Part shown: piece by piece, positions 13,501-29,016 of the stretch
How the letters are laid out: each line of letters starts with the position of its first letter
Position numbering within the stretch: the first letter of the stretch is position 1
From: Octopus vulgaris
Taxonomy: Eukaryota
Length of the DNA stretch: 64,000 nucleotides
NCBI GenBank assembly: GCA_951406725.2
Contig: OX597832.1
Coordinates: 20,212,001-20,276,000 of the forward strand
Direction: 5' to 3'
Program-made: the position numbers and the translations under genes
The notes under the pieces: generated by a model
The model's input: the letters and a program-made list of their open reading frames with translations, nothing else
Databases searched by the model: none
What the model was told of the DNA's origin: nothing

Positions 13501-15377
13501 ACGTATATGTATACACGTTCCTTAGCAATACCTCTGCTTCTAATTGCGGAGATATTTTAATATTCACTAGCGCTAGTATATTTGCATGATCGTTACATAA
13601 GATTGCACGTATGTATGTATGTATGTATGTATGTATGTATGTATGTATGTATGTATGTATGTATGTATGTATGTATATGTTTATACACACATACATGGTA
13701 TTTCTTGAATTTAACCGAAGTAATGTCAAGCGAAAGGTAAAGTTTATTGAAGTTACATTTCAAAGAGAATAGATTACAGACATCAATAGTTGACATACAT
13801 ACTCGAATGATCTTTGCTATTTTGATGTGCAGATTATATAATTAAAAGACAGAGTTTTAAATACAATAATTAAAATGAGTTGGAAAACAACTATTTCAAA
13901 TTAACGAAATACAATAATTATATAATTTTAATAGCGATAATTGGAAATAAATTTTAGAAAAGTATAAATTAAATAAAACAAAAATAGTTTTAAATAATTC
14001 ATCTAATTATATATATTGACTATAAATGACTATACGATATGAAGCAATAGCTTCTAGTACATCCAAAAGACCACATATTTACGAGGAACATAATTCTGTG
14101 CAAAACAACACATTCAAGTACTGCGTTATATCTTCTCATAATCGACCTCATAGTTTACAGCGAAATGGTTTCTGTTAAAGGGACACAGGGACCAGATTAG
14201 GGCTTCAATAGGATCAGGGTACAGCTTCATATACTGTTAGCTTCTGGGTTTAAAAATAAAGAGTTCTTTGGTTTATCTGATGTCTACAAAGGCTATACCG
14301 GAAACCAAATTATTTTAATGTATAGCTATTGATCGGAAGGGAAGGCAATGCCCATGATACTTTGAGGGGACTCACACCTGAGATTATAAGAGAAAGAGGT
14401 CTTGAGCAGAAACCCGACCAGGAACCTTGGAACAAACAAAATGCCACTACAGGCTCAGATTATACCACGTGTTTAGAACGTGTCCAGACATGTTCCTTCA
14501 ACTGTGACATTTAACGTGCGGCGCGATATATATTGTCACATTATGTTAAAGAACAGCCTTTGTGGGGACCTTATAAAAATTTCTAAATTCAATCACGCAA
14601 TCATTCTCAGTTAATCAAATTATATCCAAGACAGATATTAATTTGATCCATGTTCTCTGTAAAAACAAGAGGATCTTTTAATTTCGAGATCAAAAATTAT
14701 CTTGAAAATTCTCAGAAGCAAGACAGCTGCAGCATAGTTCCATGTTCTAATATCTCAACTTTTGAAAATCAAAGAAATGCGTGAAACGGGTGAGGTTTTT
14801 AAAAATTTAGTAACAATAAAAACAAAAAAAATCTAAACGAATCCCAGTACATTTTCAATTCTTTTCTCGACGAGATGAAAGCTTTTTCAGCAATGAGATT
14901 CAAGCACTGCAACGCCGATGGAAGAAGTGTGAGCACCGCAAGGGGGCACTGATGAAAAATAAACAACATTCGGTCGAACTCCATGAGACTATCTTGGTCA
15001 GCCAATGAACTTTTTAGCCGCCCCTTGTATATTCATGATAAAACCTTTCATTCATCAACTAATGCTCGCGTTGGTGATGTTTCACCGAGATCAGATACGA
15101 TCAGGTATGTCTACAATCAAAACCACCCTCATTGTGAAAATTCTGCCTTCTTTCTAGACCAAGAAAACCAGGACACCCTACAATCTGACTATTTATTTTC
15201 TGGAGACGGTGAAATGGCCTAAGCGTGACTTTTCACTGATAACTCGTTCTGGAAATCATGTGGAAGCTCCATTATTAAACATTAAAGTAATAGGTGAAGT
15301 GTTCGGAGTTGTCGGCTTGTAGATTCTCAATAAGGGAGTCTTTACGCGTAAACTGCTACCAGTCGTGGAGATACTAT

Positions 15378-15760
15378 GGGAAGCACTCCGTCGGTTACGA
15401 CGATGAGGGTTCCGGTTGATCCGAATCAACGGAACAGCCTGCTCGTGAAATTAACGTGTAAGTTGCTGAGCACTCCACAGACACGTGCACCCTTAACGCA
15501 GTTCTCGGGGATATTCAGCGTGACACAGAGAGTGACAAGGCCGGCCCCTTGAAATACAGGTACAACAGAAACAGGAAGTAAGAGTGAGAGAAAGTTGTGG
15601 TGAAAGAGTACAGCAGGGATCGCCACCATCCCCTGCCGGAGCCTCGTGGAGCTTTAGGTGTTTTCGCTCAATAAACACTCACAACGCCCGGTGTGGGAAT
15701 CGAAACCGCGATCCTATGACCGCAAGTCCGCTGCCCTAACCACTGGGCCATTGCGCCTCC
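15378..15760 (-). mobile_element. tRNA-derived SINE, family C, full length with TSD
   Basis: Head GGAGGCGCAATGGCCCAGTGGTTAGGGCAGCGGAC..GGTTTCGATTCCC (A and B boxes); TSD ggagatactat (15367) / ggagataatat (15761). Confidence 0.9.
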
Positions 15761-16134
15761 GGAGATAATATAGACGCACATACACAATGCCAGGAAAAAT
15801 AGTTGTATGTTGTATGGCTTTAAAAGGAACAATTTTAACACAAAAGGAAAGATTTTAACAAAGGTCTGTAAAGTGAGACGTTTTAGATACGAGTAAATGA
15901 CTACAACAAAAATAACATCGACATAAACATTAAGCAGCTGAAAGACACTTGAAGCACAATCTATAGTCTACTTCAGATTAAAACATCATGTATACGTATG
16001 TATGTATGTATGTATGTATGTATGTATGTATGTATGTGTCTATGTATGTATACATCTATATGTGTGTACGTATGTATGTATGTATGTATGTATGTATGCA
16101 TGTATGTATATATGTATGTGATTTCTATTGTTTC

Positions 16135-16450
16135 TTCCACTTGTTTCAGTTGGACTACGGCCATGCTGGGGCACTGCATTGACCGGTTTAGTCGAGCATA
16201 TCGACAAGAGTACATATCTTTTACGGGGACGTAAACACAACACCACCGGTTGTTAAGGAGTGGTGGGGGAGAAGTACGTAGACAAAGACATACGCACATT
16301 GATGCATACACACATAAATATATACACATATATATAAAGAGCTTCTTCCACGTCCTCTTGCAAATCCACTCTCAAGATTTAGTCTGCGCGAGTCTGTGAT
16401 ATAAGACATCCGCCCAAGGTGCTACGCTGTGGGACTGAACCCAGAACCAT
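16135..16450 (-). mobile_element. SINE family B, degenerate
   Basis: Matches family B 3' half and part of head. Confidence 0.75.
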
Positions 16451-16528
16451 AGATATGTGGAGGTTTGTAAGTCTGAATGTGTGTATACATACACCCAACC
16501 ACATGTATATATGCATATGTTGTTGATA

Positions 16529-16862
16529 CCCCCTTCGGTCATGACTGACCATGGGATTGAACCTAGAAATTTACCCTCCCCCTGGCACAAGTTCGGGCAA
16601 GGTTGTTTATGGAAGACCAGCAGTCACCCATGCATACCGGCCTCCCCTCTCCTAGCCACCAGTGTTATCCAAGGGAAAGGCAAAGGGGCCGATACAGCTT
16701 GGCACCTGTGACGTCGCACTCATTTCTACAGCTGAGTGAACTGGAGCAAGGTGAAATAAAGTGTCTTGCTCAAGAACACAACGCGCAGCCCGGTCTGGGT
16801 TTCGAACTGACAAACTCACGATCGCAAGCAGGATGTTGTAACCACTGAGACATACGCCTTCA
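16529..16862 (-). mobile_element. tRNA-derived SINE, family E
   Basis: Head GGCGTATGTCTCAGTGGTTAC..GTTCGAAACCC, GTGTTCTTGAGCAAGACAC CORE-like motif; second copy at 19709-20008. Confidence 0.8.
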
Positions 16863-16965
16863 CATGCATATGTATATGCTCATAAATATATACATAAAGA
16901 TGCACACATGCACATACACATACATACATAACACACACACATACCCTATATATATATGTATATAT

Positions 16966-17056
<91 letters not shown>

Positions 17057-17601
17057 TTATGCACATAGAAAAACTTTGGCAAATATGCATGTGGACAAAC
17101 ATTGTCTGTAACTTTTTAAAATTTTCTGATTTATTTAGAATATCGTAAAAGATATTGTGCTTTATTTCTTAATTTATACCAAAATAACTATAATAAAACT
17201 TATTTTCATTCATATTTGTTAAATTTACAAATTTAATTATCCAAATATATATTTATTTATTTCTGATAATTCACATGAAAATGTATTTAAAAATTATTCC
17301 TTGTGTAATAAAATCCATCTTTTGTGTCGAATAATATTTTTACAGTAGCTGAAAGCAATTTGGTGCCAAGAGCAATTTTTCTCATGTCTATTTACTATTT
17401 GGAACTAAAGTAAGTGAACATGCTTCGAAAGTCATTTAAAAATGTCTTTATTGGACGTTTCATAATCTTGAAAGAAGCACAAAATAGCTAACAAACCTTA
17501 AGTGTGTACCAGAGATAAGTGACAAGATACATAAATTCATGCATATGTAACAATATAAAATATGCATATACGTACATACGTATATATATATACATATATA
17601 T

Positions 17602-17649
<48 letters not shown>

Positions 17650-17863
17650 ATGTATGTATATTTGAACAGATAAATATGACTAAGAATAGGAAAACTACCG
17701 TTATGAGGAGGATATAAAAACTAGTTGAAATAGGGGAGAAATGAAAGGTTTTATCGTAATTTCATTTTGAAATATTGCAACGTGATGCTAGTTTATTTTA
17801 AGGATTTCTATGGAGTTTATATGAACACATACACACACAAACACACATACACGCGCACAAAAA

Positions 17864-17929
<66 letters not shown>

Positions 17930-18861
17930 ACTATACGTATATCTACATATAAATATATGCATGTTTATATATGCATATAAAAATCAATGTATATATATAT
18001 TTATATACATGCATTTACATATGCATGTAGATACATATATATGCATATCTATATACATACACACTCACTCACACACATGCATATATATATATATATATAT
18101 ATACACTGATGCATATATATTCATATACAAACACACATACTCATATATATACTGATGCATATATATTCATATACATATACACACTTACTTGATATTGAAA
18201 TCTACTCATATTTCTAATAAAATTGTCAATATTTCATTAGATTTATCTTTATTCGCAGACAATTTTGATTGTGTGTGTGTATGTGTTTATGTGAGTGTGA
18301 ATATATATATGTGTGTGTGTGTGTATGTGTGGCTATGTATATGTGAATATTTAAGTGTACAAACACACAAACTGCACAAATTGACATGCCAGAATTCTTA
18401 CGCATATACATGCAAACAGACGTACGGAAGAGTTTCATAAGCTCTTAGTCCTGTGTTCGATCTCACAGCAAGTTGCAAGCTATCTCCCGAAGACAACATA
18501 GCCATTGTTACGAAATTGAAAAGGTGGAAACGTGCAGCAGCCACATGTGTGTCTATGTGTACGTTGATATGACTGTATATGTGTTAGTGCTTGTATGCGT
18601 GTGTGTGTGAGACTGTGTGTGTGTGTGACTGTGTGTATGTATGTGTGACTGTGTGTATGTGTGTATGTGTGTGTGACAGAGAGAGAAAAAGAGAGAGCGA
18701 GAAAGATTGTGTTTGGGCGTTCACTGGTAGTCCATTGTCGAATATTACCCGTGATTAATAATAAATTCTCTTATATTGCATCTTCTGTCTTTCATTTGCC
18801 TAAGACTGAACGATCACACTGAATGTCACCGTGCTTTACCAATAAGCTACCAGGTGTAAAC

Positions 18862-18921
<60 letters not shown>

Positions 18922-18925
<4 letters not shown>

Positions 18926-19120
18926 AGAATTCGCAAAAAAACCCCCAAAAAACCGAAGACAGGTGGTGTAGACAATAAACAGATGTATTAGTATAACGTT
19001 TGGGAAGAGAGAAAGTCTTTAACGTTTCGAGCCTACGCTCTTTTACAGAAAGGAACAGAAAGAAACAAGGAGATAAAATAAAGAATGTGTAGTGGCTAGT
19101 GATCTATCATGGCGAATGCC
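18922..19120 (-). mobile_element. Family H element (degenerate HHR 19017-19052)
   Basis: CUUU|CUGUAAA|A|GAGC-GUAG-GCUC|GAAA|CG|UU|AAAG; G8 mutated. Confidence 0.7.
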
Positions 19121-19708
19121 GAATATAAAATCTATATTAAGATTTTATCGAGTAGCCGGCGTGTAAAACCAGTTAAGGTAAAAAATGAATACAAGGTATA
19201 TGATTTTCCTATTTATATATAAAATATATTATAATATCAATTGCTGTTAATGTCCTTTTAATGAAGGAATTTCGTTTTCCTTCCCTCAGTTTTGGCGCGT
19301 GTGTATACTTATTGAAAGGTTTTGGCTTTAGAGTCTCATCAAAGCGTGAATACATAAATCCAAACAATGGAACAAGAACGCTACAATAAAAGATCCGATG
19401 CGAAGACGATGGGCAGACAGTCAAGAGAAGCAATAAAATGACGGACAGGAAAATACAAGAACGGGTCACTCGCAGTCTCCCCTCGTCAATCAAGTTACCA
19501 AATTATCATTACACTTTCAGGCAGTTACACTTGAGGCTGTTCAAATCTAGCTGCCCCCAAAGATTTTAGCTAAGAGAATTAACTTTGTTGGGAGAATGCA
19601 AAATGAATGCGTATGACAATAAAGACAAAAATCGGAGATGTTACACAATTACAGATAAAAATAATAAGAAAATAACAACAGGTGTCTTTCGATATATGTC
19701 TGTGTGTG

Positions 19709-20008
19709 TAGGCGTATGGCTTAGTGGTAAGAGCGACGGGCTTACTAACAAGAGCTAATGAGTTCGATTCCTCTAACCGGTTGTGTTCTTGAGCAAAACA
19801 CTATTTCTCAGGTTGTTCCAATTGACAGTTGCCAAGCTCTATCGGCATTTCTCTCTCCCTGCGATAACATTAGTGGCGTGAAGAGGGGAGGCTGATATGC
19901 ATGGGTGACTGCTTTTCTTCCAGAAATAACCTTACCTGGACTTGCACTCTTGAGGGTAAATTTCGAGGTGCACTCCCATGGTTTTTCATGACCGAAGTGG
20001 GTCTTTTC
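19709..20008 (+). mobile_element. SINE family E
   Basis: ggcgtatggcttagtggtaagagc..gagttcgattcc..gttcttgagcaaaacac; tail homologous to 16529-16700. Confidence 0.8.
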
Positions 20009-20034
20009 ACTATATACATACATACATACATACA

Positions 20035-20117
<83 letters not shown>

Positions 20118-20119
<2 letters not shown>

Positions 20120-20377
20120 CCATAGTCCCAGAACTGATTAAAGAGGAAAGGGATTCCATCACCTACAAACGGAATCTAGACAGATTTCTTCAAGGAATAC
20201 CAGATAAGTCACGCATACCTGGATAGAACTCACTCAACAAGAACTCTCTATTTGAATGGACCATAAACAAAACATGACTTAAAAAAGGATTTAGATAATC
20301 CTATCAGGTGGTGCTATTAAGTTAGACATGGCCTGAGCCAATCTTTTGTCGAAACATATCTAAGCTTTACCTAAGTT

Positions 20378-20378
<1 letters not shown>
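20118..20378 (+). mobile_element. Non-LTR retrotransposon 3' end (CR1/L2-group-like), relic
   Basis: SIVPELIKEERDSITYKRNLDRFLQGIPDKSRIPG*NSLNKNSLFEW resembles the FK..LD.FL..IPD.P..PGY..NSL C-terminus; short 3'UTR ending in ctaagcttta/cctaagttta repeats. Confidence 0.6.
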
Positions 20379-20400
<22 letters not shown>

Positions 20401-20408
<8 letters not shown>

Positions 20409-20528
20409 ATCACGTGATTACGTGACAGACCAGACCATCAGATGTTGTTACACATCGCTTGTCACAATGCGTTCGCATTGTTTTAGCCTTCGAATGACGC
20501 CACCCCGCTGGCTAAGCGAGCAGGCCAA
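20401..20528 (-). mobile_element. SINE family D 3' tail ending in (ATCACGTG)n
   Basis: Homologous to 42888-43010 and, inverted, 47965-48079. Confidence 0.7.
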
Positions 20529-21334
20529 TATATATATATATATATATACATACATATGTGTGTGTGTGTGTGTGCACATGTGTTTACGAGCATGTGTATA
20601 TAAAGACAGATAGATTGATAAATAAATAGACACAAAACTATTAATGTGTGTCTTTGTGTGTCTGTGTGTGTATATCTGTGTGTTTGCGTATACGCTTGTG
20701 TGCAGTCGCCTGTACTAATACAATAGTATCGCATAGAAGTTTGTTTTTAAATATTTGTTCATAACTTATTGAAAAGAAGGTCAGACAGAATCCGTGTCCT
20801 TTGCAGAACGTACGCCTCTCGTAAAACCAGTGCAGCTGATGCCCAGTCTAAATATTTGCAGGTTAATGTATTCTGGAGACAAAGCATGAACGCAGACGAA
20901 AACGGACATTTTGTTGTCGCAATTGCTTGCATTAGGGGGAATTTCCTGAAGACCCCTCTGAGACAAGGTGATGATGTTAAATAGGACAGCGTAGTAAATC
21001 TTGCCTAAAGTATGTTATTGACTGTTTTGTATTTAAACTTCAGATCTATAATTTACTTTTATTAAATTATTCGCTATTGCGCGGTAGACTTTTGAAGTCA
21101 GACAAAACGCCATTTCGTTATTTAGCCGTCTGTTTTAAAGTAACGATTTCTTATCACGTGGGGTCAAAATTGTCTTTATTCCTGCCGATGTCGATATGCA
21201 AATAGTTGCGGTAGACGTTTATTCAATAATCTAAAAGTCTATCGAATAATCATGCTTGTTTAATCGAACAGGCAAATCCTTCGAATATGTGTTATGTACT
21301 TATGTTAACTATCATTTATACAAGTTTTAAATAT

Positions 21335-21520
21335 AGGTTTCGAATTTTGTCCAGCAATTTCAGGGAAGGGATTAATGGATTACATTAAGCCCAGTGTTCA
21401 GTTGGTACTTGTTTTATTGACCCCGAATGGATGAAAGGCAAAGTCGACCTTAGCGGAAGTGGAACTCAGAACGTAAAGATGAACGAAATAAGCAAATCAT
21501 TTTGTCCAGCTCCGTAACAC
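21335..21520 (-). mobile_element. SINE family A, degenerate
   Basis: ggatgaaaggcaaagtcgacct..gaactcagaacgtaaag. Confidence 0.75.
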
Positions 21521-21574
21521 TTTCTAACAGGTTTTTTCCGGCGCCATAACGCTGCCTTACAAGGTATGAATATT

Positions 21575-22155
21575 CGTTCCAAATTTTGGCACAAGGCCAG
21601 CAAGTTGGGGTGATGGGTAAGTCAATAACATCGACCCTAGTGTTCAATAGTGGTTACGACGATGAGGGTTCCGGTTGATCCGAATCAACGGAACAGCCTG
21701 CTCGTGAAATTAACGTGTAAGTGGCTGAGTACTCCACAGACACGTGCACCCTTAACGTAGTTCTCGGGGATATTCAGCGTGACACAGAGAGTGACAAGGC
21801 CGGCCCCTTGAAATACAGGTACAACAGAAACAGGAAGTAAGAGTGAGAGAAAGTTGTGGTGAAAGAGTACAGCAGGGATCACCACCATCCCCTGCTCGTG
21901 GAACTTTTAGGTGTTTTCGCTCAATAAACACTCACAACGCCCGGTCTGGGAATCGAAACCGCGATCCTATGACCGCGAGTCCGCTGCCCTAACCACTGGG
22001 CCATTGCGCCTCCACAATAGTACTCATTTTATCAATCCCGAAAGAATGAAAGGCAAAGTCGAACTCGCCGAAATTTGAATTCAGACCATAAAGATGGAGG
22101 AAATGCCGCTAAGCTTGGCACCTCACATACCGACATTTCCGTCAGCTTATCGGCT
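21575..22155 (-). mobile_element. SINE family A interrupted by a family C SINE
   Basis: Family A sequence resumes after the insert; TSD caatagt at 21645-21651 and 22015-22021. Confidence 0.8.
21652..22014 (-). mobile_element. SINE family C (nested)
   Basis: Nearly identical to 15378-15760; 7-bp TSD. Confidence 0.9.
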
Positions 22156-22194
22156 TATGATTTATAAAAATTGCAATTAACTAAGAATACTCTG

Positions 22195-22335
22195 TTTACT
22201 CTCTCTCTTACTTGTTTCAGTCATTTGACTGCGGCCATGCTGGAGTACCACCTTTAGTCGAGCAAATCGACCCGAGGACTTATACATATATACGACCAGC
22301 TTCATTCAATTTCCGTCTATTAAATCCACTCACAT
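22195..22335 (-). mobile_element. SINE family B, internally deleted
   Basis: 3' tail ttgtttcagtcatttgactgcggccatgctgg joined to mid-element. Confidence 0.7.
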
Positions 22336-22341
22336 ACTTAG

Positions 22342-22391
<50 letters not shown>

Positions 22392-22394
22392 GAT

Positions 22395-22396
<2 letters not shown>

Positions 22397-22482
<86 letters not shown>

Positions 22483-22540
22483 TAATAATAATAAGAATAA
22501 TAATAATTATAATAATAAATATAATAATAATAACAATAAC
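22397..22540. repeat. (AAT)n microsatellite
   Basis: Direct inspection. Confidence 0.95.
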
Positions 22541-23139
22541 ATTAGGGAGTATAATTCCAAACTTACAGGGAAAAATTCAAATTAGAATTAAATCAAATTT
22601 CACAATATAAATACATAATATATAAATTAGAGAAAAAACTACTATTATGCAATTCAAACAATGATATATATATATATATATATATATTACGAAACTGTTA
22701 ACAAGCAGTGTGTTGTTGACTAGTAGACACTAAGAAATCCTGGAGACAATATGCTAATGACAAGTAAAAGCAACACACGCTCAAATATAGAGACGTGAGC
22801 ATCGAAGCATGACTGCAAATGAAATTATTTCACTAGCTGATAATATCTCCAGAAGGCCAATAAGCCCTTTGTCATGTGAATCCTTTCGACTGTTTCTGTT
22901 AGACAACCTGACTGTCCTCACAAATGGTATGGAAGTTTTGATACACCGACTTTGGCTCCAACCGTTTCGCGTGGTTGATTCAACGCTAACTTATATGACG
23001 TCAGGCGTCGTCATGTTACTCGCGTTCTCATCACCGTCGTTTTCTCTTTTTCTGCTTATGTGCGTGCGCATATTTCTCTATTTGTATATGAGGAAAGGGA
23101 ACGTGCCTACGTCAATCGTGTGCAATAATTGAAATGTAG

Positions 23140-23178
<39 letters not shown>

Positions 23179-23597
23179 CCCTCTCTCTCTCTCTTTCTCA
23201 TGCTCTCTTATTGAATGTATTCATTTCTGGTATCCATCCGTTTGTATGAGTGTTTACCTTCAGATTCAAGAATGTATTTCGCCAAAACAGGTTTAAACTT
23301 CGAGCGTCCAACCAGAAGCAACGAATCGATTGATTCCGTAACCAAAAATTGTTACTTAAGTCCAGCTAACAACTGCAGTATATCAAGTTTCGTCACAACA
23401 CTGATAAACCCTACGTCGCATTTAAAAAGTTAAACCCACCTTTATATTTTATGAGGTGAACTGTTTTTGTATACTTTCATACATTACCGGCCGCCATGTC
23501 GGTTATCTCTCTAGCGAACACTCTAAACAGAGGACGTACACTGAGCACACAAAGAAATACACAAACTTAAACTAATAAATTGTATTACTCGTTTGTT

Positions 23598-23890
23598 CCT
23601 TCTAAAGCCATGCCTGGCTCATAAGGGCTGGTTTACCGGTTTCCTTGGCGTATAGGCTGCCCACCTGCACGGGACGCCGGTCCGTCGCAGGTGAGCTGCA
23701 AGATGCAGGAAGAAAGAGTGAGAGAAAGTTGTGGCGAAAGAGTCAGTAGAAGTTCGCCATTACTTTCTGCCGAGAGGCGCGTGAAGCTTAGGTGTTTCAC
23801 TCATAAACACACACAATGCCCGGTCTATTCGAACCCACGATCCCTCGACCAAGTGTCCTCTGCTCTAACCACTAAGCCATGTGCCTCCAC
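23598..23890 (-). mobile_element. SINE, family C-related with alternative 3' tail
   Basis: tRNA-like head GGAGGCACATGGCTTAGTGGTTAGAGC..GGTTCGAAT; shared body gagtgagagaaagttgtgg; tail like 31838-31930. Confidence 0.75.
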
Positions 23891-24202
23891 AACTTATATT
23901 AATAATACCTTATTAATAATAACTTAAATGAATAAATTTTTATTGGTGAATAGCTTCTTGAATAATTATTGTATTTTGTATGTATTAAATGTTTTCTTAC
24001 TTAATTCGTTTTTGTAGGTAGTGGAAATAATGTTTCTGGTTAAATTTTCCTTCTCTACTAATATTTGTGTATATTAAACTCTGTTACGTACGTCAATATA
24101 CATACGTGAAAATATATGATAAGTATGCATATATGCACCTTGATATATATTTATATATATGTATATATGAACGCACACACACATAGATACATATACATAT
24201 AC

Positions 24203-24253
<51 letters not shown>

Positions 24254-25307
24254 CATATGTGTTCATGTGTGTGTATATGTATACAAACACAGGTGAATGT
24301 TTATGCGCTCGTGATATCGTTTTATTTTTAGAAACGGGTATTTAAAAATAGATCTATGAACAGGATCTAAGAACTCGGTGTTTGAATAATTTTAAACGTG
24401 TAAATCTTTAAAATGTAAATGTTACTTCATTCGCAAGTAGCAGGACTTCATTGTTTCTTTGAATAAAAATATGTTTAGAGAAAGTAACAATTAAAAATTC
24501 CTCAATGTTTTGTCTTTATATAACATTTAGGGACATTTTTTCCATTTTTTTTAAATTATGAAATAAATTAAAGATTTAACATTTGCGTGTTTTCATACCC
24601 AGGAATCCAACGTGATTCATTTCCTCAAATTATTATATCTAACAAACATACTCACGTATATCAACCCCATGAATTATCTTAAAAATTATAATTAAAATAA
24701 AACCATCGTGAGTTTGAATCTGAAAACGTGTTGGGCAGGGGAATCGCTTTGCACCTTTTCAACTTTTATTCTCGTGCTTAAAATTATATTTTTCTGTTTT
24801 CTTTCGCTTTTATTGAATGCCATTTTGATGAGCATTCGACGTAGAATAAAATAGGGGTGAAGGATGAATAAGAGCTTCCTTCGCTACGGGTATACTTTTG
24901 CTTCCCACCAGAACAAAATTCTTTACAGGGTGGAAAGATCCCAAACATTTTTCAGTCCGTTGTACGTAGAGAAAGTCAATCTATAACAATAAGAACAGCG
25001 GCATTGACAACAACGACAAAAACAATGACAACAATACAGAATTGGGAAGCAATCTAAAAGGTAACTATTCCGTATAATTCCATCTCTACAATGGTCCCCA
25101 AGGGTTTCAATATTAAAATTAATACATTCTTTCATTCTTGAATTCTTTCGCTTATTTATACTTTTCACATTTTGTTGTTGTAACGATGGGATTATATATA
25201 TATTTATATATATTTATATACATATGAATATATACATGTATATATGTGTATGTATATATATATACACGTATACACATATATATATATACACATATACATA
25301 CACATAC

Positions 25308-25363
<56 letters not shown>

Positions 25364-25608
25364 GTATGTATATGTGTATATATATATATGTATTTATGCA
25401 TGTGAATATATACATATATTTATTTTCATATATTTATATACGTATATATATATATAAATGTATATGTGCGTATGTATATATAGATGTGTGTGTGTTTATA
25501 TATGTATACATATATATGCGTATATGTGTATATATATATGTATTTATGCATGTATGTAAATATATATATGTAAATATGTGTGTATGCCTGTGTGTTTATA
25601 TATACATG

Positions 25609-25662
<54 letters not shown>

Positions 25663-25840
25663 GATAGATAGATAGATCTATATATACATGCATATATGCA
25701 CATATATACACATACAGACACACATTACCTGTGTAAAAATACTGATTGCTGATTCGTGCTTTGCGTCTCTAGATACAAATGCATGTATTTATGCATTAAA
25801 TTTTGAGTGCATATACATATACACACACAAACGCACACAT

Positions 25841-25886
<46 letters not shown>

Positions 25887-26519
25887 TTATATATATGTCT
25901 ATATAGATGTGTATGTATGTATATATGTATGTATTCGTGTATGCGTATGTATGCTTATATGTCTATCTATATACCTGTACATTTCTATCTGTTTCTGTGT
26001 GCTTGTGTACATTTATATCTCTCTGTATGTGTGTTTTTACAGCACATTGTGTCATTTGATAACATTTATATTCGGAATCCATATGATACTTTGAAATTTC
26101 GTGTAAGAAATCTGCGCAAAATTACCGAAAACGCATACAAAAACAAAAGAAGAACAATTATAAAGAAAAAAAATATTAAAACAAGCACAAAATACAAATA
26201 AAAACGTTTAATTTTTTTGTTGTACGTTTTCATTAATTTTATCATATTTTTCACATGTGCAAATGTCTTGCTATTATAATAATGAATATTCATAGATATT
26301 TTTAAAAAAATGTAAAACATTATAAATATAATTATATGAATATAAAAATAAGAAGGAATGTTTTACTGGTGTAAAATCGCTCGCTCACACTGTCAGACAA
26401 TTCATTTCTATTATAAACATGTAAAATAACTCAATGTGTCGTTTATTGATTCGTTTCCTCCTCAACTGACTTCAGAGATTAAAAATATAAGGTAAGAAAA
26501 AAAATAAGGAGGGAGATGT

Positions 26520-27221
<702 letters not shown>

Positions 27222-27914
27222 CAACTGATTACAGATACGCAAAACAGAGAACGTGTAAACACAGTCCAAAGAAAGGAATTACACGAATTTCATAATCATT
27301 ACTAGATATACACATACATACATTCATATACATATAAGTGTGTGTGTGTGTATGTAGGCGTGTATGAGCGCGTGTCTATATGTATATATGAATATAGCTA
27401 TATGCACATGTGCACTAATATATATTCATACATATATTTGCATGTATAAATATATATGAATATGTGCGCGACCTAAAAGGTAGCTTAGTTGGTTCGGTGC
27501 GCACACATCTAGTTTTCTCTTTTGTTTTGGCATCAAAATTTTTTCTATTATTTCATTTGGAATCCTCATGATAGCGATGAGGTGATATTTTCATCTTGAT
27601 GTAGCAGGCATTGCTTAATACTTATATCTATATGTGTGCTTATAAACATATACACATAAAAATTTATGCGTAATAAAATACAGCATAAAGATATATATAT
27701 ATATATAAATACACATACACACACATCCAAACATGCATACATGCTCTCCTTCTTGGAGAAAATTATATCGTGTAATTAATAAGTGAAATATGTGAATTAG
27801 ATAACAAATTTTATTTTCCGTGTACAATTGTTTAAATATGCCTCAGAAATTTTTTTATTTCACTGTTATTTTATTTTTTATTTTCCTATATTTATTCACT
27901 ATTTTTCTTTTCCT

Positions 27915-28362
<448 letters not shown>

Positions 28363-28577
28363 ACTTAGTTATATTTTCTGTTTTCTAAATTTTAACGAAT
28401 TCTCGTGAATGATAATGTTTTGTGTGATTTAATCATTTTTTTGTGATTTAAACATTTTTTGTGATTTAAATATTTTTTTTGCGCTTCTTCAATAATTATT
28501 TTTGAGATGTATAATCCAAAGATATGTTTTTTTTTACAGAATCCTTATGCACACAGTCTCACAAACATCTTCCCCAC

Positions 28578-28612
<35 letters not shown>

Positions 28613-28780
28613 TCACATACGACATACGTAGACTCAACTAGACAGTCACACGCACGTAAAGTACAACGTAATATACCGGTTCCCCAAAACGCATGCGTAC
28701 ACGCACTTACTGAAGTATCCATTTTCACACGATACATCTTTACTATATCCCAGAAATGTTTATATTCATAAATGCATAAA

Positions 28781-28841
<61 letters not shown>

Positions 28842-28953
28842 GTGTTTATAGATAGAAGTAGGAAGACAACAAAAGAATGGAAGAGACCTCGATATTATGT
28901 AAATTGAGGAATTTATCTGTAAATATAATAAGTGACAATTATTCGGTAGCCAT

Positions 28954-29016
28954 GATAAAACTTCGAATTTCGGATGTCGGGGCGAAATCCCACGCCGCGC
29001 CATCTCTTCAGTTATC
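28954..29016 (-). ncRNA. Type I hammerhead motif with canonical CUGAAGA core
   Basis: GAUAA|CUGAAGA|GAUG-GCGCGGCG..CGCCCCGA-CAUC-C|GAAA|UUCGAAG|UU|UUAUC; 5-bp stem I; near-palindromic stem III; ~110 nt from (TA)n. Confidence 0.65.

Noticed and set aside
14100-15240. Non-SSR sequence, possibly a decayed TE or exon
   Set aside because: No recognisable motif or sustained reading frame
15690-15760. tRNA gene-like sequence (also ~21945-22014, ~32065-32136, ~19709-19775)
   Set aside because: These are SINE heads continuing into SINE bodies; no complete cloverleaf with a terminator
20807-20967. Possible exon after ctttgcag acceptor
   Set aside because: Open in several frames but no recognisable protein or partner exons
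23263-23333. Possible terminal exon after tttaccttcag (FKNVFRQNRFKLRASNQKQRID*)
   Set aside because: Too short, no homology recognised; needs RNA-seq
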